Positions 18,201-26,286 of a stretch of 64,000 bases of DNA are shown here, piece after piece. The stretch spans positions 1,755 through 65,754 of the forward strand of contig CAIJYT010000281.1 in the NCBI GenBank assembly GCA_903824935.1, written 5' to 3'. Origin of the DNA: an uncultured Bacteroidales bacterium. GTDB lineage: Bacteria; Bacteroidota; Bacteroidia; Bacteroidales; FEN-979. Each line of letters opens with the position of its first letter. The first letter of the stretch is position 1. The notes beneath the pieces were generated by a model. The model was not told where the DNA came from. It saw only the letters and a list, made by a program, of their open reading frames with translations, and did not search any database. The translations under genes were made by a program, and so were the position numbers.

Positions 18201-18994
18201 GAAACGAAAAGATCGACTGGAACCATCATGACGAGATCGGGCGGCTTGTCGAGGAATATAACCGCCTGATAGATGAACTTGCGTTCAGCGCCGAACAGCT
18301 TGCCCGCTCGGAAAGGGAAAGCGCCTGGAGGGAAATGGCACGGCAGGTCGCACATGAAATAAAGAACCCGCTTACCCCGATGAAGCTCAGCGTTCAGCAT
18401 TTACGCAAAGCCTGGGATGAGCAATCGGGTGATTTTAACCATAGGCTGCAGCGTTTTACAGGGATTATGACTGAGCAAATCGATTCACTTTCAGCGATAG
18501 CCTCCGAGTTTTCTGATTTTGCGAACATGCCCCTGCCGGTTGAAGAAGAACTGGACCTTATTGAGATCATAAGCTCTGTGATATCAATGTATTCAGGGCT
18601 GGAAAACATACAGATCGATTTTGAATCTTCAGAAATTTCATGCCGCGTTATTGGGGACAAGAAACAGATCATCAGGGTTTTCATGAATCTTTTGAATAAT
18701 TCGACCCAGGCAATCAGCAATAAGGAAAACGGAAAAATATCCATAGCTGTTTCAATCCAGGGAATGAGCTATGTTATTGTGATCAGGGACAATGGATATG
18801 GTATTCCTGATGAAATTGCCAATATGATCTTTCTTCCAAATTTTACAACCAAATCTGGAGGCGCCGGCCTCGGGCTTGCCATTGTTAAGGGAATCATCAT
18901 GAATATGGGTGGAGATATTACCTTTGTTTCGGGAAACGAAGGAACCACTTTCACTATTACTATCCCGGGACCAGATGATACAAAAGAAGTTTAA
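15275..18994 (+). CDS. multi-TM sensor histidine kinase
   Basis: 1239 aa with many N-terminal TM segments. H-box HEIKNPLTPM, N box NLLNNSTQA, G boxes DNGYGIP / GGAGLGLAIV. Confidence 0.85.
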   Translation: MKFSSSNRKSINYAILAIFSGFFFLSCLIFLEFILKTTNQAEQVLNRVENVLHKKEKQAIKTLNIVIYDICQNQKTPITNLNSGLFSEIRKNEITVQCYFGDSLTYWSDNKVEELNISQLAKNESICKLSNGWYDILVLNRGNVKAAALILLKQEYSFENDFLENSFQEDFNVPGNISITLKSSGNMVHNLSGNPLFSFDFTGFAQSYEGYSALFCLFLMLSFLSFCLALYFGYNAIDWLKDKPWLFVAFFTTDVIVLRLLQAFFRFPSAVHSTALFSPLYYSSSIILPSAGDYLFNSLILLLTAFIAHKKLFREKSVSGKRVLPENLQGWIASAFIFSIYILLCLGIDDLFRNSSFSLDLKDISRIGIQSIIGLLIVYCLSQSFFLLSRTAGSYTLYCGTYTKILFIAVITAGVFFTDLLWWDGITSLFLAVLFAAYLSLEFFVHGEQAKSSPFANFILPLVWIAILVTLIFNTEGFSKEKEKRKLIALRLASEKNPVTELLYNKLERRLLNDSSILAMSRNTNAMKEEDLVKKIRSEYIRDFWNRFTVQVTVCTPGKMLKIQPRGYVFNCEQYFRQVCDKMGEKTTNPGLYYLDYGNGIETYLGIIAPGDSAEDPKTRGFKIYMEFTAKTPAKDMGYPELLIDRRIMNIPDLSNYSYALYQNGSLVYKTGKYSYSLGLNSPILSAGNSSFTASDGMSHYRYNLNRSRVLIISKKEDSFLAVISPASYLFILFSFLTLFLNLLFRPGIFREFSFMSLKNRFQIANVGIIVISFLILGCLLLYFLTRLNNIKNMDSFNERTLSVMSEMQDKFGEKEKLDPSDNPLLEEDLQQLSEMFYTDVNVYSASGRLILSSRPQVFDEGLISDRMNITAFTDLKRYKQSAFFQDEKIGSYDYISAYFPLLNDKNELLAYVNLPFFSRQEDLKKEINDFLVAFMNLYILFILISVFVSFAISRYLSAPLGILVSRMEGFRLGKRNEKIDWNHHDEIGRLVEEYNRLIDELAFSAEQLARSERESAWREMARQVAHEIKNPLTPMKLSVQHLRKAWDEQSGDFNHRLQRFTGIMTEQIDSLSAIASEFSDFANMPLPVEEELDLIEIISSVISMYSGLENIQIDFESSEISCRVIGDKKQIIRVFMNLLNNSTQAISNKENGKISIAVSIQGMSYVIVIRDNGYGIPDEIANMIFLPNFTTKSGGAGLGLAIVKGIIMNMGGDITFVSGNEGTTFTITIPGPDDTKEV

Positions 18995-19460
18995 CCCAGC
19001 ACTGATACTGCCTCTTTACCTGGTGTTTATACTATTTTGCCTTTTGGCCTGCGTCAAGGACAGGCCTGCGGGGCAAAGGATTTACTTTCCATCGGGCACA
19101 TGGCAGAGATACCATATCCTTAAATTCGGGATCCCTGTCGGTGAAAGTGAGAAGTCCTATGACATTGTATTTGAACTGAGATGCAGGAAATCCTTTGACT
19201 ATGATGAGCTTCCGCTGAATATGGTCCTTGATACACCATCAGGAGAGGAGAGGATAAAAGAATACCAGATGCAGATCCGTGATAAAAACGGAATACCAGC
19301 AGGGACAGTAAACGGGGATACCTGCACTACCCGTATATTTCTAAAAAAGAACCTGTATTGTCCGAAAAAAGGAGTTTTAAAGGTTGAGATAGAAAACCTT
19401 AATCCGCGGATGGCAACTGAAGGTGTTTTTTCAGCAGGCATTATCCTTGTCAGGCGCTGA
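18975..19460 (+). CDS. gldH: GldH-like gliding-motility lipoprotein
   Basis: Start at ATG 18975 gives a signal peptide plus lipobox (FCLLAC). The central block KEYQMQIRDKNGIPAGTVNGD resembles the GldH EYQMANPDG region. It overlaps the upstream kinase by 20 nt. Confidence 0.6.
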   Translation: MIQKKFNPALILPLYLVFILFCLLACVKDRPAGQRIYFPSGTWQRYHILKFGIPVGESEKSYDIVFELRCRKSFDYDELPLNMVLDTPSGEERIKEYQMQIRDKNGIPAGTVNGDTCTTRIFLKKNLYCPKKGVLKVEIENLNPRMATEGVFSAGIILVRR

Positions 19461-19910
19461 AAGTATTTTCATGGCCTTTGATTTATCACGATTCATCTGG
19501 CTGACCAGTTGTGTGAGGTTTTTGAATTTTTTTTCTTTTCTAAGAGCCAGGATGACGGTTATTGAAATTTCAGTTCCGTAGAGATCTTCAGAAAAATCAA
19601 GAATATTTACCTCGATAACAACCCGTGTCCCGCCTATTGTGGGTCGCTTGCCTATATTACAGAGACCGAAAAATTTCGTCCCCTTCAGAAGAACAGACAC
19701 CAGGTATACTCCGTTTGGGATAGAAGGATAATTACTATCCGGGGGATGAATATTTGCTGTGGGAAAGCCTAAAGTTCTTCCCAGGTGATTCCCGTGAACA
19801 ACTGTTCCGCTGATAGTGTAGCCTTCTGATAATCCTGAAGAAACAGGATTATTCCCGTTTGAAGGTTTTACAGATGAGGAATATTTTGGCCCGGAATTCA
19901 TTAAGCCCAA
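19431..19910 (-). CDS. riboflavin kinase (RibF C-terminal-domain-only protein)
   Basis: 159 aa. GTVVHGNHLGRTLGFPTANI and E..ILDFSEDLYG...LRKEKKF blocks match the bacterial RFK domain. There is no FAD-synthetase domain. The 3' end overlaps gldH convergently by 30 nt. Confidence 0.75.
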   Translation of the reverse strand: MGLMNSGPKYSSSVKPSNGNNPVSSGLSEGYTISGTVVHGNHLGRTLGFPTANIHPPDSNYPSIPNGVYLVSVLLKGTKFFGLCNIGKRPTIGGTRVVIEVNILDFSEDLYGTEISITVILALRKEKKFKNLTQLVSQMNRDKSKAMKILSAPDKDNAC

Positions 19911-19933
19911 AACTACACAAAAAGAGGTTAAAC

Positions 19934-20830
19934 TCAGAGAGTCGGCTTATCTTTTTTGCTGTCCATTTTGATCATGAACAACTCCCATACAGCATACATA
20001 TAATGCGCCCATACGCCGGCAAGCATGATGACCAGGGTGATGATCATCCATAAAGGTGCGATAGGGGTCCAGAGTTCCCTGGAAGGTACCTCGGCTTTGT
20101 AGTATTGCTTTGGGACTCCCCAGTTGATGTTTGAGGTTCCCTGCACGAAACCATATTTATCATTCTCCTCGATCTTGGCAATGATTTTGAGGTTTCCAAG
20201 GGTATCTCCGACAATATCATTCGGGAATTCGAAACTTGCCTTACCTTCTTCATCGAGGGCGACTTCTCCGATTTTAAGCAGGCTGAACAGGCGGGGTACA
20301 TAAAGCAGTACCGTTTCCTTTGTAAGGGCAACTTCCTGTCCTTTCGCATCTTTCCGTGTGCCAGTCACATTCAGGTAACGGATCGAGTCCTGAACATTGA
20401 AAGTGATCCTGAGTTTTGCAGGTTCTGCAGTAAAACTCTCAGAAACCGAGGTGTATTTAGGGGTTCCGTCAAACCTTGACACATAGGTGATCATCCCGTC
20501 TTTGCCGGGACGCAGTTTGGAGATCACAACATTCAGGACTGCATTCCCATCCTGGTCAGTAACTGCAGTTCCAAGCGGGATCATTGCATTTTCCTCCTTA
20601 CAGAAAAATCCTACCGTTGCATTCATTAAGCCATAAGGATCACTTTCCTTTTTAATGTAAAGGTTTGCTGTAAGGTTAACCGAATCGTTGGAAGTGCATA
20701 CATAGGAAAATGTAAGATGGGATTCCAGTATTGTGCTGCTGTCCTTTTTTTCTTCCGCACGTGTAAGCGAAGGAACCAGCAACACCGCCAGTATTGCCAG
20801 GGAAATGATCAGGTATAAATGTTTTTTCAT
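19934..20830 (-). CDS. bitopic periplasmic protein with Ig/carboxypeptidase-regulatory-like repeats and C-terminal TM anchor
   Basis: Start at the internal Met (MKKHLYLIISLAILAVLLVPSLTRA, signal peptide), 20 nt after the nrfD-like stop. The longer ORF-track start would overlap nrfD. C-terminal TM segment IAPLWMIITLVIMLAGVWAHYMY. Confidence 0.55.
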   Translation of the reverse strand: MKKHLYLIISLAILAVLLVPSLTRAEEKKDSSTILESHLTFSYVCTSNDSVNLTANLYIKKESDPYGLMNATVGFFCKEENAMIPLGTAVTDQDGNAVLNVVISKLRPGKDGMITYVSRFDGTPKYTSVSESFTAEPAKLRITFNVQDSIRYLNVTGTRKDAKGQEVALTKETVLLYVPRLFSLLKIGEVALDEEGKASFEFPNDIVGDTLGNLKIIAKIEENDKYGFVQGTSNINWGVPKQYYKAEVPSRELWTPIAPLWMIITLVIMLAGVWAHYMYAVWELFMIKMDSKKDKPTL

Positions 20831-20850
20831 GGGGTTACGAATGAAATGAT

Positions 20851-22164
20851 TTATACTAAAACGTCGTCCGGATTGGATTCCTGTGTATTCCCGGCAACGT
20901 TTACAATCGGAATGAATTTGGAGGCCAGGGTAAAGAGAAGACAGAACATAGCAATCCCGGCAGCAGTGAGGCTCCATTCAACCCAGGTTGACTGGTAAAT
21001 GCTCCATTCGGGGCGGCTGTCCTGGATGGGCAGGTAAGGTGATTGCAGTGTCGGTATAACAATCAGGTAGCGGTTGAGCCATAAGGCTATGATCACGACT
21101 ACAGCGGCAAGAGTGATGTTGGTTATTGTACGGAGTTTTGCGATTCCGACCACCAGCAGGGGCAACAGAACGCCGACATAGTTCGAAATGATAAAGGGCC
21201 AGTAGAATTCCTTGAACAGCAGTTGTATAAGAAGTTCATCATTCTTCTCTGATCCATACCATTTAGTCAGGTAGTCGCTGAATGTAAAATACCCGAAAAA
21301 TGCCGCAAGTACAAGCATGATCAGGCCTACTGCAACAAAATGTTTTTTAGTAATGTACTGTTCAAGATGGTAGACTTTCCTGAAAAACCACATTGCAACA
21401 ATGAGCACCGCACTTCCTGAATATACCGCAGCGATTACGAAATACGGTCCGAATATGGTGCTGTGCCAACCCGGTTGTAAAGTCACGCTGAAGATCCAGG
21501 CCAATACAGAGTATACTATGATTGCGATGGCAATAACCATGGTTGCCATGATGTTTGTGGCCCTCTCAAGGCGCTTTTTTTGTTCTTCCGTTCCGGTGTA
21601 CCCGAGAGCAAGCGCTTTATACAGTTTTTTTCTCCATTTCGGAAGTTGAAGTTCTTCAAAATCCCTCATGTTGGCAAGGTCCCTGAGAACAGCCAAATAC
21701 AGGAATATGAAGCAGCCGAAGATATCTGTTGAAATTGCAATAACGTCCCAGGTGATAGGCGACTGTATACGGCCATGCAGTACAAGATAATGCAGTTTAT
21801 CGAGCCTGCCGATGCAGAGCAGGATATAACAGGGCCCGATAAGAAGGGAAATTATAGTAATGAATTCCGCCATCCTGATTACAGGTTTTCTCCATGCGGT
21901 CTTGAACAGATGCAGGGTTCCCGAAATAAGAGCACCAGCATAACTGACCCCCATGAAAAAGATGAAGTTCACAATATAAATGCCCCAGACAACATTATCG
22001 CGCATACCTGTAACGATATGACCTTTGGTCACCTGCTGGATAAAAGCGTAAACACCCAATCCTATAACTGAAAGGAGGAAAAGGATCCAGACATACCCCT
22101 GTACGCTCGTTCTTTCTATCTGAGGGGCAAATTCCTTCAGTAATTGTTTTTCATTGTTTTCCAT
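20851..22164 (-). CDS. NrfD/PsrC-family polytopic membrane (quinone-interacting) subunit
   Basis: 437 aa, roughly 10 hydrophobic helices. N-terminal pattern GHIVTGMRDNVVWGIYIVNFIFFMGVSYAG and HGRIQSPITWD are typical of NrfD/ActC/PsrC-type proteins. Confidence 0.8.
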   Translation of the reverse strand: MENNEKQLLKEFAPQIERTSVQGYVWILFLLSVIGLGVYAFIQQVTKGHIVTGMRDNVVWGIYIVNFIFFMGVSYAGALISGTLHLFKTAWRKPVIRMAEFITIISLLIGPCYILLCIGRLDKLHYLVLHGRIQSPITWDVIAISTDIFGCFIFLYLAVLRDLANMRDFEELQLPKWRKKLYKALALGYTGTEEQKKRLERATNIMATMVIAIAIIVYSVLAWIFSVTLQPGWHSTIFGPYFVIAAVYSGSAVLIVAMWFFRKVYHLEQYITKKHFVAVGLIMLVLAAFFGYFTFSDYLTKWYGSEKNDELLIQLLFKEFYWPFIISNYVGVLLPLLVVGIAKLRTITNITLAAVVVIIALWLNRYLIVIPTLQSPYLPIQDSRPEWSIYQSTWVEWSLTAAGIAMFCLLFTLASKFIPIVNVAGNTQESNPDDVLV

Positions 22165-22166
22165 GG

Positions 22167-23126
22167 CTACAGCTTATGTTTTTTTGCGTAAGGTGTATTG
22201 ATATATCGGTTCTTGACACTCTCGTCGAGATCATTGAATCCACGGTCGACAGGGAACTGCCGGTCAACGGGAGGCAGGTAATATACGCAGGGCCTGGTTC
22301 CGAGCACTTCAAGATAACGGTATCCTGCACGGTCACGGATCAATTCACTGAATTTGAAGGTTTCGGTTCCGTTAGTCACTGTATCTTCATCAACATCACC
22401 AAAATAAATAACGCCCATAGGGCAGGAGGAAACACAGTAGGGGACTTTTCCAACCCGTATCAGGTCAGGGCAGAAATCGCATTTGGAAACCGTCCCCTCC
22501 TTGGCCGGGCTCGAAGCCTCGGGTGAATAAGGTTCTTTATCCTCATCGTATTCAGGGTAATGCTTCCAGGCAAACACCCGGGTGGAGTAGGGGCAGCCTG
22601 TCATGCAGAATTTACATCCGATGCAACGATTATTATCAATTAACACAATACCATCGGTACGTTTGAAAGTCGCACCCACCGGGCATACGCTGACGCACAA
22701 GGGATTGTCGCAGTGAAAACAGGGCTTTGGAAACCAGTATGGCGAGGTTTTTTCGGAATCCTGTAAAAGATAGACTTTCATGAATTCCTGGCTTTTGGGA
22801 AGGTGGTGGGCTTTCTGGCATCCCTGGACGCACTTTCGCGCATTTTTACATTTGCCCAGGTCGATAACCATTACAAACTTCTTTCCCGGAATTCCTTTGT
22901 GAGCCTCTTCAATTGACACCCTCGGAAGTTTGAGTTTAGCTTTATCAACTTCCATGATCTCGCCGTTGGTTGTCAGGACTTTAACTTTTTCCCCGCTTTC
23001 GCCGGAGGGATTTTCAGAATATGCATTCAGAAGGCCGCCTCCAACGGCAACACCGGCACCAGCCAGCAATCCTTTTTTGAGAAACTGTCGCCTGGAATTT
23101 TTTTGATTGTTCTGTTCTTCTTCCAC
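22167..23126 (-). CDS. Tat-exported NrfC/PsrB-like 4x[4Fe-4S] ferredoxin subunit
   Basis: Twin-arginine signal SRRQFLKKG. Cys clusters CKNARKCVQGC, CFHCDNPLCVSVCP, CIGCKFCMTGCP and CDFC...CVSSCP. Confidence 0.85.
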   Translation of the reverse strand: MEEEQNNQKNSRRQFLKKGLLAGAGVAVGGGLLNAYSENPSGESGEKVKVLTTNGEIMEVDKAKLKLPRVSIEEAHKGIPGKKFVMVIDLGKCKNARKCVQGCQKAHHLPKSQEFMKVYLLQDSEKTSPYWFPKPCFHCDNPLCVSVCPVGATFKRTDGIVLIDNNRCIGCKFCMTGCPYSTRVFAWKHYPEYDEDKEPYSPEASSPAKEGTVSKCDFCPDLIRVGKVPYCVSSCPMGVIYFGDVDEDTVTNGTETFKFSELIRDRAGYRYLEVLGTRPCVYYLPPVDRQFPVDRGFNDLDESVKNRYINTPYAKKHKL

Positions 23127-23149
23127 GATAGCTGAAAATTAATTATGGA

Positions 23150-23764
23150 TTAATGATACCCGTTGAAAATACTTTTGAAATTACTGAAAGCTGTCTTTCC
23201 GAATGTGCAGAAATAAAGATGTACACACATGAAGATGGTAATAACAAAACCACAGAAAAGATGCAGCAGGTCAGTGTAATCCAGGCCGCTGATCCCGATC
23301 AGTCCGTTCACTGTAAGGTCGGGATATAATAAGCCTAATCCCGAGATGATCGCCAGAGGTATAATGGTGTACATCACGGCAACATAGGAAAATTGCTGAA
23401 GGGGGTTGAATTTTGATTCGGTTGTAACAGGAAAAGGAGCCGGTTCCTTTTTAAAAACACCTATAGTATAATGATGAAACTGTATTTTAAGGCGTTTAAA
23501 GAAACCTTTGACCTCGATCACATAGTAACCCCCGTTTTTGGTGAAGAGGTTGCCGATAAAAAAAAGGATATAGTTAAATGACAGGAGAACACCGGCGACA
23601 TTATGAATGGCAACAGCTACATTGAATCTCACTGTAATTGTGGGATTTGAAAACTGGATACTGAGTCCGGTTATGATCAGCAACAGGCATAAAACTGCGT
23701 TCAGAACGTGCCACAATCTTATCCAAACGGGGTACAGGTATATAGGTTCGTTATGATTTTCCAT
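23150..23764 (-). CDS. b-type cytochrome membrane subunit (PhsC/FdnI/Ni-hydrogenase cytochrome b-like)
   Basis: 204 aa, about 4 TM helices with conserved-looking His (RLWHVLNA, AIHNVAG, LLHLFCG, CVHLYF). Confidence 0.7.
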   Translation of the reverse strand: MENHNEPIYLYPVWIRLWHVLNAVLCLLLIITGLSIQFSNPTITVRFNVAVAIHNVAGVLLSFNYILFFIGNLFTKNGGYYVIEVKGFFKRLKIQFHHYTIGVFKKEPAPFPVTTESKFNPLQQFSYVAVMYTIIPLAIISGLGLLYPDLTVNGLIGISGLDYTDLLHLFCGFVITIFMCVHLYFCTFGKTAFSNFKSIFNGYH

Positions 23765-23766
23765 GG

Positions 23767-24783
23767 TCAGTGTGATTTTTGGATACGAATAACAGCATGA
23801 ATCAGGATTGCGAGTATTGTAAGGCTGAACAGGACAATGCTTATGATATTCAGTGTGTTGTTCTGATCCGGGCCGATAGTGGATGTTTCGCTCAGGAACA
23901 GGCCTTTGAACAATCCCTGCTTTTTAATGTTTTCCTTCACCTGGTATTTGAATAGTGAAGCATAAAGGATTGAATTTTTTGCATGGCAGGATTCACATTT
24001 TTTAACAGCCATATTTTTAGGCATGATTTCATGGGCTATGAGCAGGGTGTCCTTGTTGCGGGCATGACATTCAATGCACCGTACATTGATGAAATGTGTT
24101 GCCTGGTTCGGCAGCCAGTCATGTTTCTGAAGGATATTAGGCTGCTGCTTGTTAGTGAGCAGTTCATATTTAGTTACGTCACCATGGCAGTTAAGGCATA
24201 TAAGATTATCGTATGCCACGGTTTCCTGCAAATTTTCATTGGTTCGTGCATTGATACGGTAAGTATGAGGGTTATGGCACATCCAGCAGGTAAACTCCTC
24301 GCTGTGCTTCTGGGAATGAACACTTGACATAAAATTCGAGTCGATTTTTTCAAACTGGAATTTTGCATATTTCTCATCCCCTCCGTGGCAGTCGATGCAA
24401 TTTGCTTTTGACTCCATGCGAAGATTTCCCGGGTGGGGGAATGTGAGGTAATCCTCCGAATGGCAGTCGGTACATTTAAACCCTTTATGGTTTGAAACGT
24501 AAAATTCATTACGGTCAATGATAAGCTCCGAATACATCCTTTTATAGCTTATTTTCTTCGATTCGGCATTTTCAAAGGTATACTTTGACTGTCCGTGGCA
24601 CCTGAGACATTTTTCATTGACAGGGAACTGTTCAAGGTTGACGATTTTAGTATTTTCAACCGGCTTGACTTTTTTTCCTGAAGAGGATGAGTCAGTGCTT
24701 TTAACCAGTGCAAAAGCGACGGCAAAGAGCAGGAGGAGGAACAATACAACCCAGGCAGGACGGATATTTGCTCGGTAGATCAT
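23767..24783 (-). CDS. heptahaem c-type cytochrome with N-terminal signal/anchor and C-terminal TM helix
   Basis: Seven CXXCH motifs: CLRCH, CTDCH, CIDCH, CWMCH, CLNCH, CIECH, CESCH. C-terminal hydrophobic segment IISIVLFSLTILAILIHAVI. Confidence 0.85.
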   Translation of the reverse strand: MIYRANIRPAWVVLFLLLLFAVAFALVKSTDSSSSGKKVKPVENTKIVNLEQFPVNEKCLRCHGQSKYTFENAESKKISYKRMYSELIIDRNEFYVSNHKGFKCTDCHSEDYLTFPHPGNLRMESKANCIDCHGGDEKYAKFQFEKIDSNFMSSVHSQKHSEEFTCWMCHNPHTYRINARTNENLQETVAYDNLICLNCHGDVTKYELLTNKQQPNILQKHDWLPNQATHFINVRCIECHARNKDTLLIAHEIMPKNMAVKKCESCHAKNSILYASLFKYQVKENIKKQGLFKGLFLSETSTIGPDQNNTLNIISIVLFSLTILAILIHAVIRIQKSH

Positions 24784-24827
24784 AGCAATGATGAGTTAAA
24801 TACTGGTAAAAATTATCAGGATTAAAA

Positions 24828-24868
24828 TAAATGGGTGTTTGCCGTAAATCCTGGCAAACACCCATTTA
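24828..24868 (-). terminator. strong hairpin (terminator or attenuator) between the monohaem and heptahaem cytochrome genes
   Basis: 16-bp perfect stem TAAATGGGTGTTTGCC / GGCAAACACCCATTTA with a 9-nt loop. On the minus strand it is followed by TTTTAAT. It sits 23 nt after the cytochrome c stop. Confidence 0.55.
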
Positions 24869-24891
24869 TATAATTACTTAAAGCACCTTGA

Positions 24892-25311
24892 TTACTTTTT
24901 AAGGGTGCGCATATAGGCAACCAAAGCCCAACGGTCACCGGCTTCGGGAATCTTCTTTTCGTAAGCAGGCATTTCATCGCGGCCTTTGCTTGTTTCGAAA
25001 TAAAGTTCTCCGTCGGTCTGTCCCTGGAAAGCAGCAGATGTGAAGTCTCCGGGGTTGGTTTTCAGTGAAGCAGCCTTAGGCCCGTCGCCGAGACCTTTGC
25101 TTCCATGGCATGATTTGCAATGTTTTGCCCAAAGATCTTTACCGTTATTGATAACGCCTGCATCCTTGAGGTTGGCAGCTGCTTTAGTGTTCTTGTCTTT
25201 GTCAGGAACATTCCAGGGTTTCTTGGCCTGGGAATAAGAATTTCCTGCAATGAAAAATACAGCAATCACCATGGTGATTAAAACTGTAATAATTTTCTGT
25301 GTTGTTTTCAT
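24892..25311 (-). CDS. monohaem class I cytochrome c
   Basis: 139 aa. Signal/anchor, single CKSCH motif and a distal Met candidate in DEMPAY. Confidence 0.85.
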   Translation of the reverse strand: MKTTQKIITVLITMVIAVFFIAGNSYSQAKKPWNVPDKDKNTKAAANLKDAGVINNGKDLWAKHCKSCHGSKGLGDGPKAASLKTNPGDFTSAAFQGQTDGELYFETSKGRDEMPAYEKKIPEAGDRWALVAYMRTLKK

Positions 25312-25342
25312 AATGGTTTTTGTTTTAAGGTTTCAGATTGAT

Positions 25343-26278
25343 TTAGAATGTCCAAAGGCGGGTCAGGTTGAACCCGAAAAGGATAAAGCCATTCCAGAAA
25401 TTGTTTGTGTTTGTTGCAGTTGTATACTGGGGAACAATTCCGTTTGCAGCCTCCATGAATATCTGGAAGGTATGGGTTGATGTTGAAATTTCCCAACCGA
25501 TTGACACGTTCTGGCAGGTTTGCATGCTTGAACTTTGCACAGTCATCCAATGGTTCGGATACCTTACAACGAACGCAGGATCATAATTCATGATAATAGG
25601 CTGTTCGAAAGCGATCATGATAGATGACTGCGGACTGACTTTAAGGCGGCCAAGAACTGAAATGGAAGCAACGTCACTCATTTTACTCGTGTCGGTTTTA
25701 TTGAAATGTGAGTAAGCAAGACCGATCTGCATAGAGAACATCTTACAGAAACGGCGGGCAAACATGAATTCATGGTACCATGAAAACCTGTCGGAGAATT
25801 TATAGTCAAGGCCGAAAACTTTACGGTCAGATGCATCCAGAGCGAGGTTGCCATAGTAACCAATGGTCAGAGGGGCTCCTCCTTTACGCTGGTGCAGGAA
25901 AGTGTACTTAACCTGCAGATCCTGTACCATATGATTTTTTGTGGTACCAAGTCCGATCATAAGGTTCTTGACGGGGGTGAAGTTCAGTCCCAGGCGGATG
26001 TTGGAAGCTCCCCACAGGCCCCAGATATCAGTCCATTTGTGCTGTATGGTACCGAAGCGATGCTCCAGGTTGAATTCCAGAGTTTTGGCAGTGGGTACTT
26101 CCACAGTCTGGTAATCGACAAAAATTCCGCTCTCAAAGGGTTTCTTTTCAAGGGGCTTTTTTGCAGGAGCAGCAACAGAATCAGTCGCTTCCTGTGCGAA
26201 AGCCAGAACCAGACCTGAGAAAAAGAATAATATACTGAGAGTAATCTTTTTAAGTGTCATAGCTATGTTTTTATTCAT
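25343..26278 (-). CDS. outer-membrane-type beta-barrel protein (possibly DUF5777-like)
   Basis: Signal peptide (LVLAFAQ), amphipathic strand pattern, C-terminal beta-signal-like end GFNLTRLWTF. The start could instead be the Met at 26260. Confidence 0.65.
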   Translation of the reverse strand: MNKNIAMTLKKITLSILFFFSGLVLAFAQEATDSVAAPAKKPLEKKPFESGIFVDYQTVEVPTAKTLEFNLEHRFGTIQHKWTDIWGLWGASNIRLGLNFTPVKNLMIGLGTTKNHMVQDLQVKYTFLHQRKGGAPLTIGYYGNLALDASDRKVFGLDYKFSDRFSWYHEFMFARRFCKMFSMQIGLAYSHFNKTDTSKMSDVASISVLGRLKVSPQSSIMIAFEQPIIMNYDPAFVVRYPNHWMTVQSSSMQTCQNVSIGWEISTSTHTFQIFMEAANGIVPQYTTATNTNNFWNGFILFGFNLTRLWTF

Positions 26279-26286
26279 GTTAATAC

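Noticed and set aside
19431-19910. The riboflavin kinase ORF as a truncated ribF pseudogene.
   Set aside because: The RFK blocks are intact with a start and a stop. The upstream DNA encodes a different, intact gene rather than degraded FAD-synthetase sequence. I treat it as a stand-alone RFK gene, to be confirmed.
20831-20977. Cys-rich N-terminal extension (MEPHCCRDC...CKRCREY) of the ORF-track call 19934-20977, which looks superficially like a metal-binding or zinc-finger motif.
   Set aside because: It overlaps the 3' end of the nrfD-like gene by 127 nt. A canonical signal-peptide Met follows 20 nt after the nrfD stop, so the extension is almost certainly untranslated.
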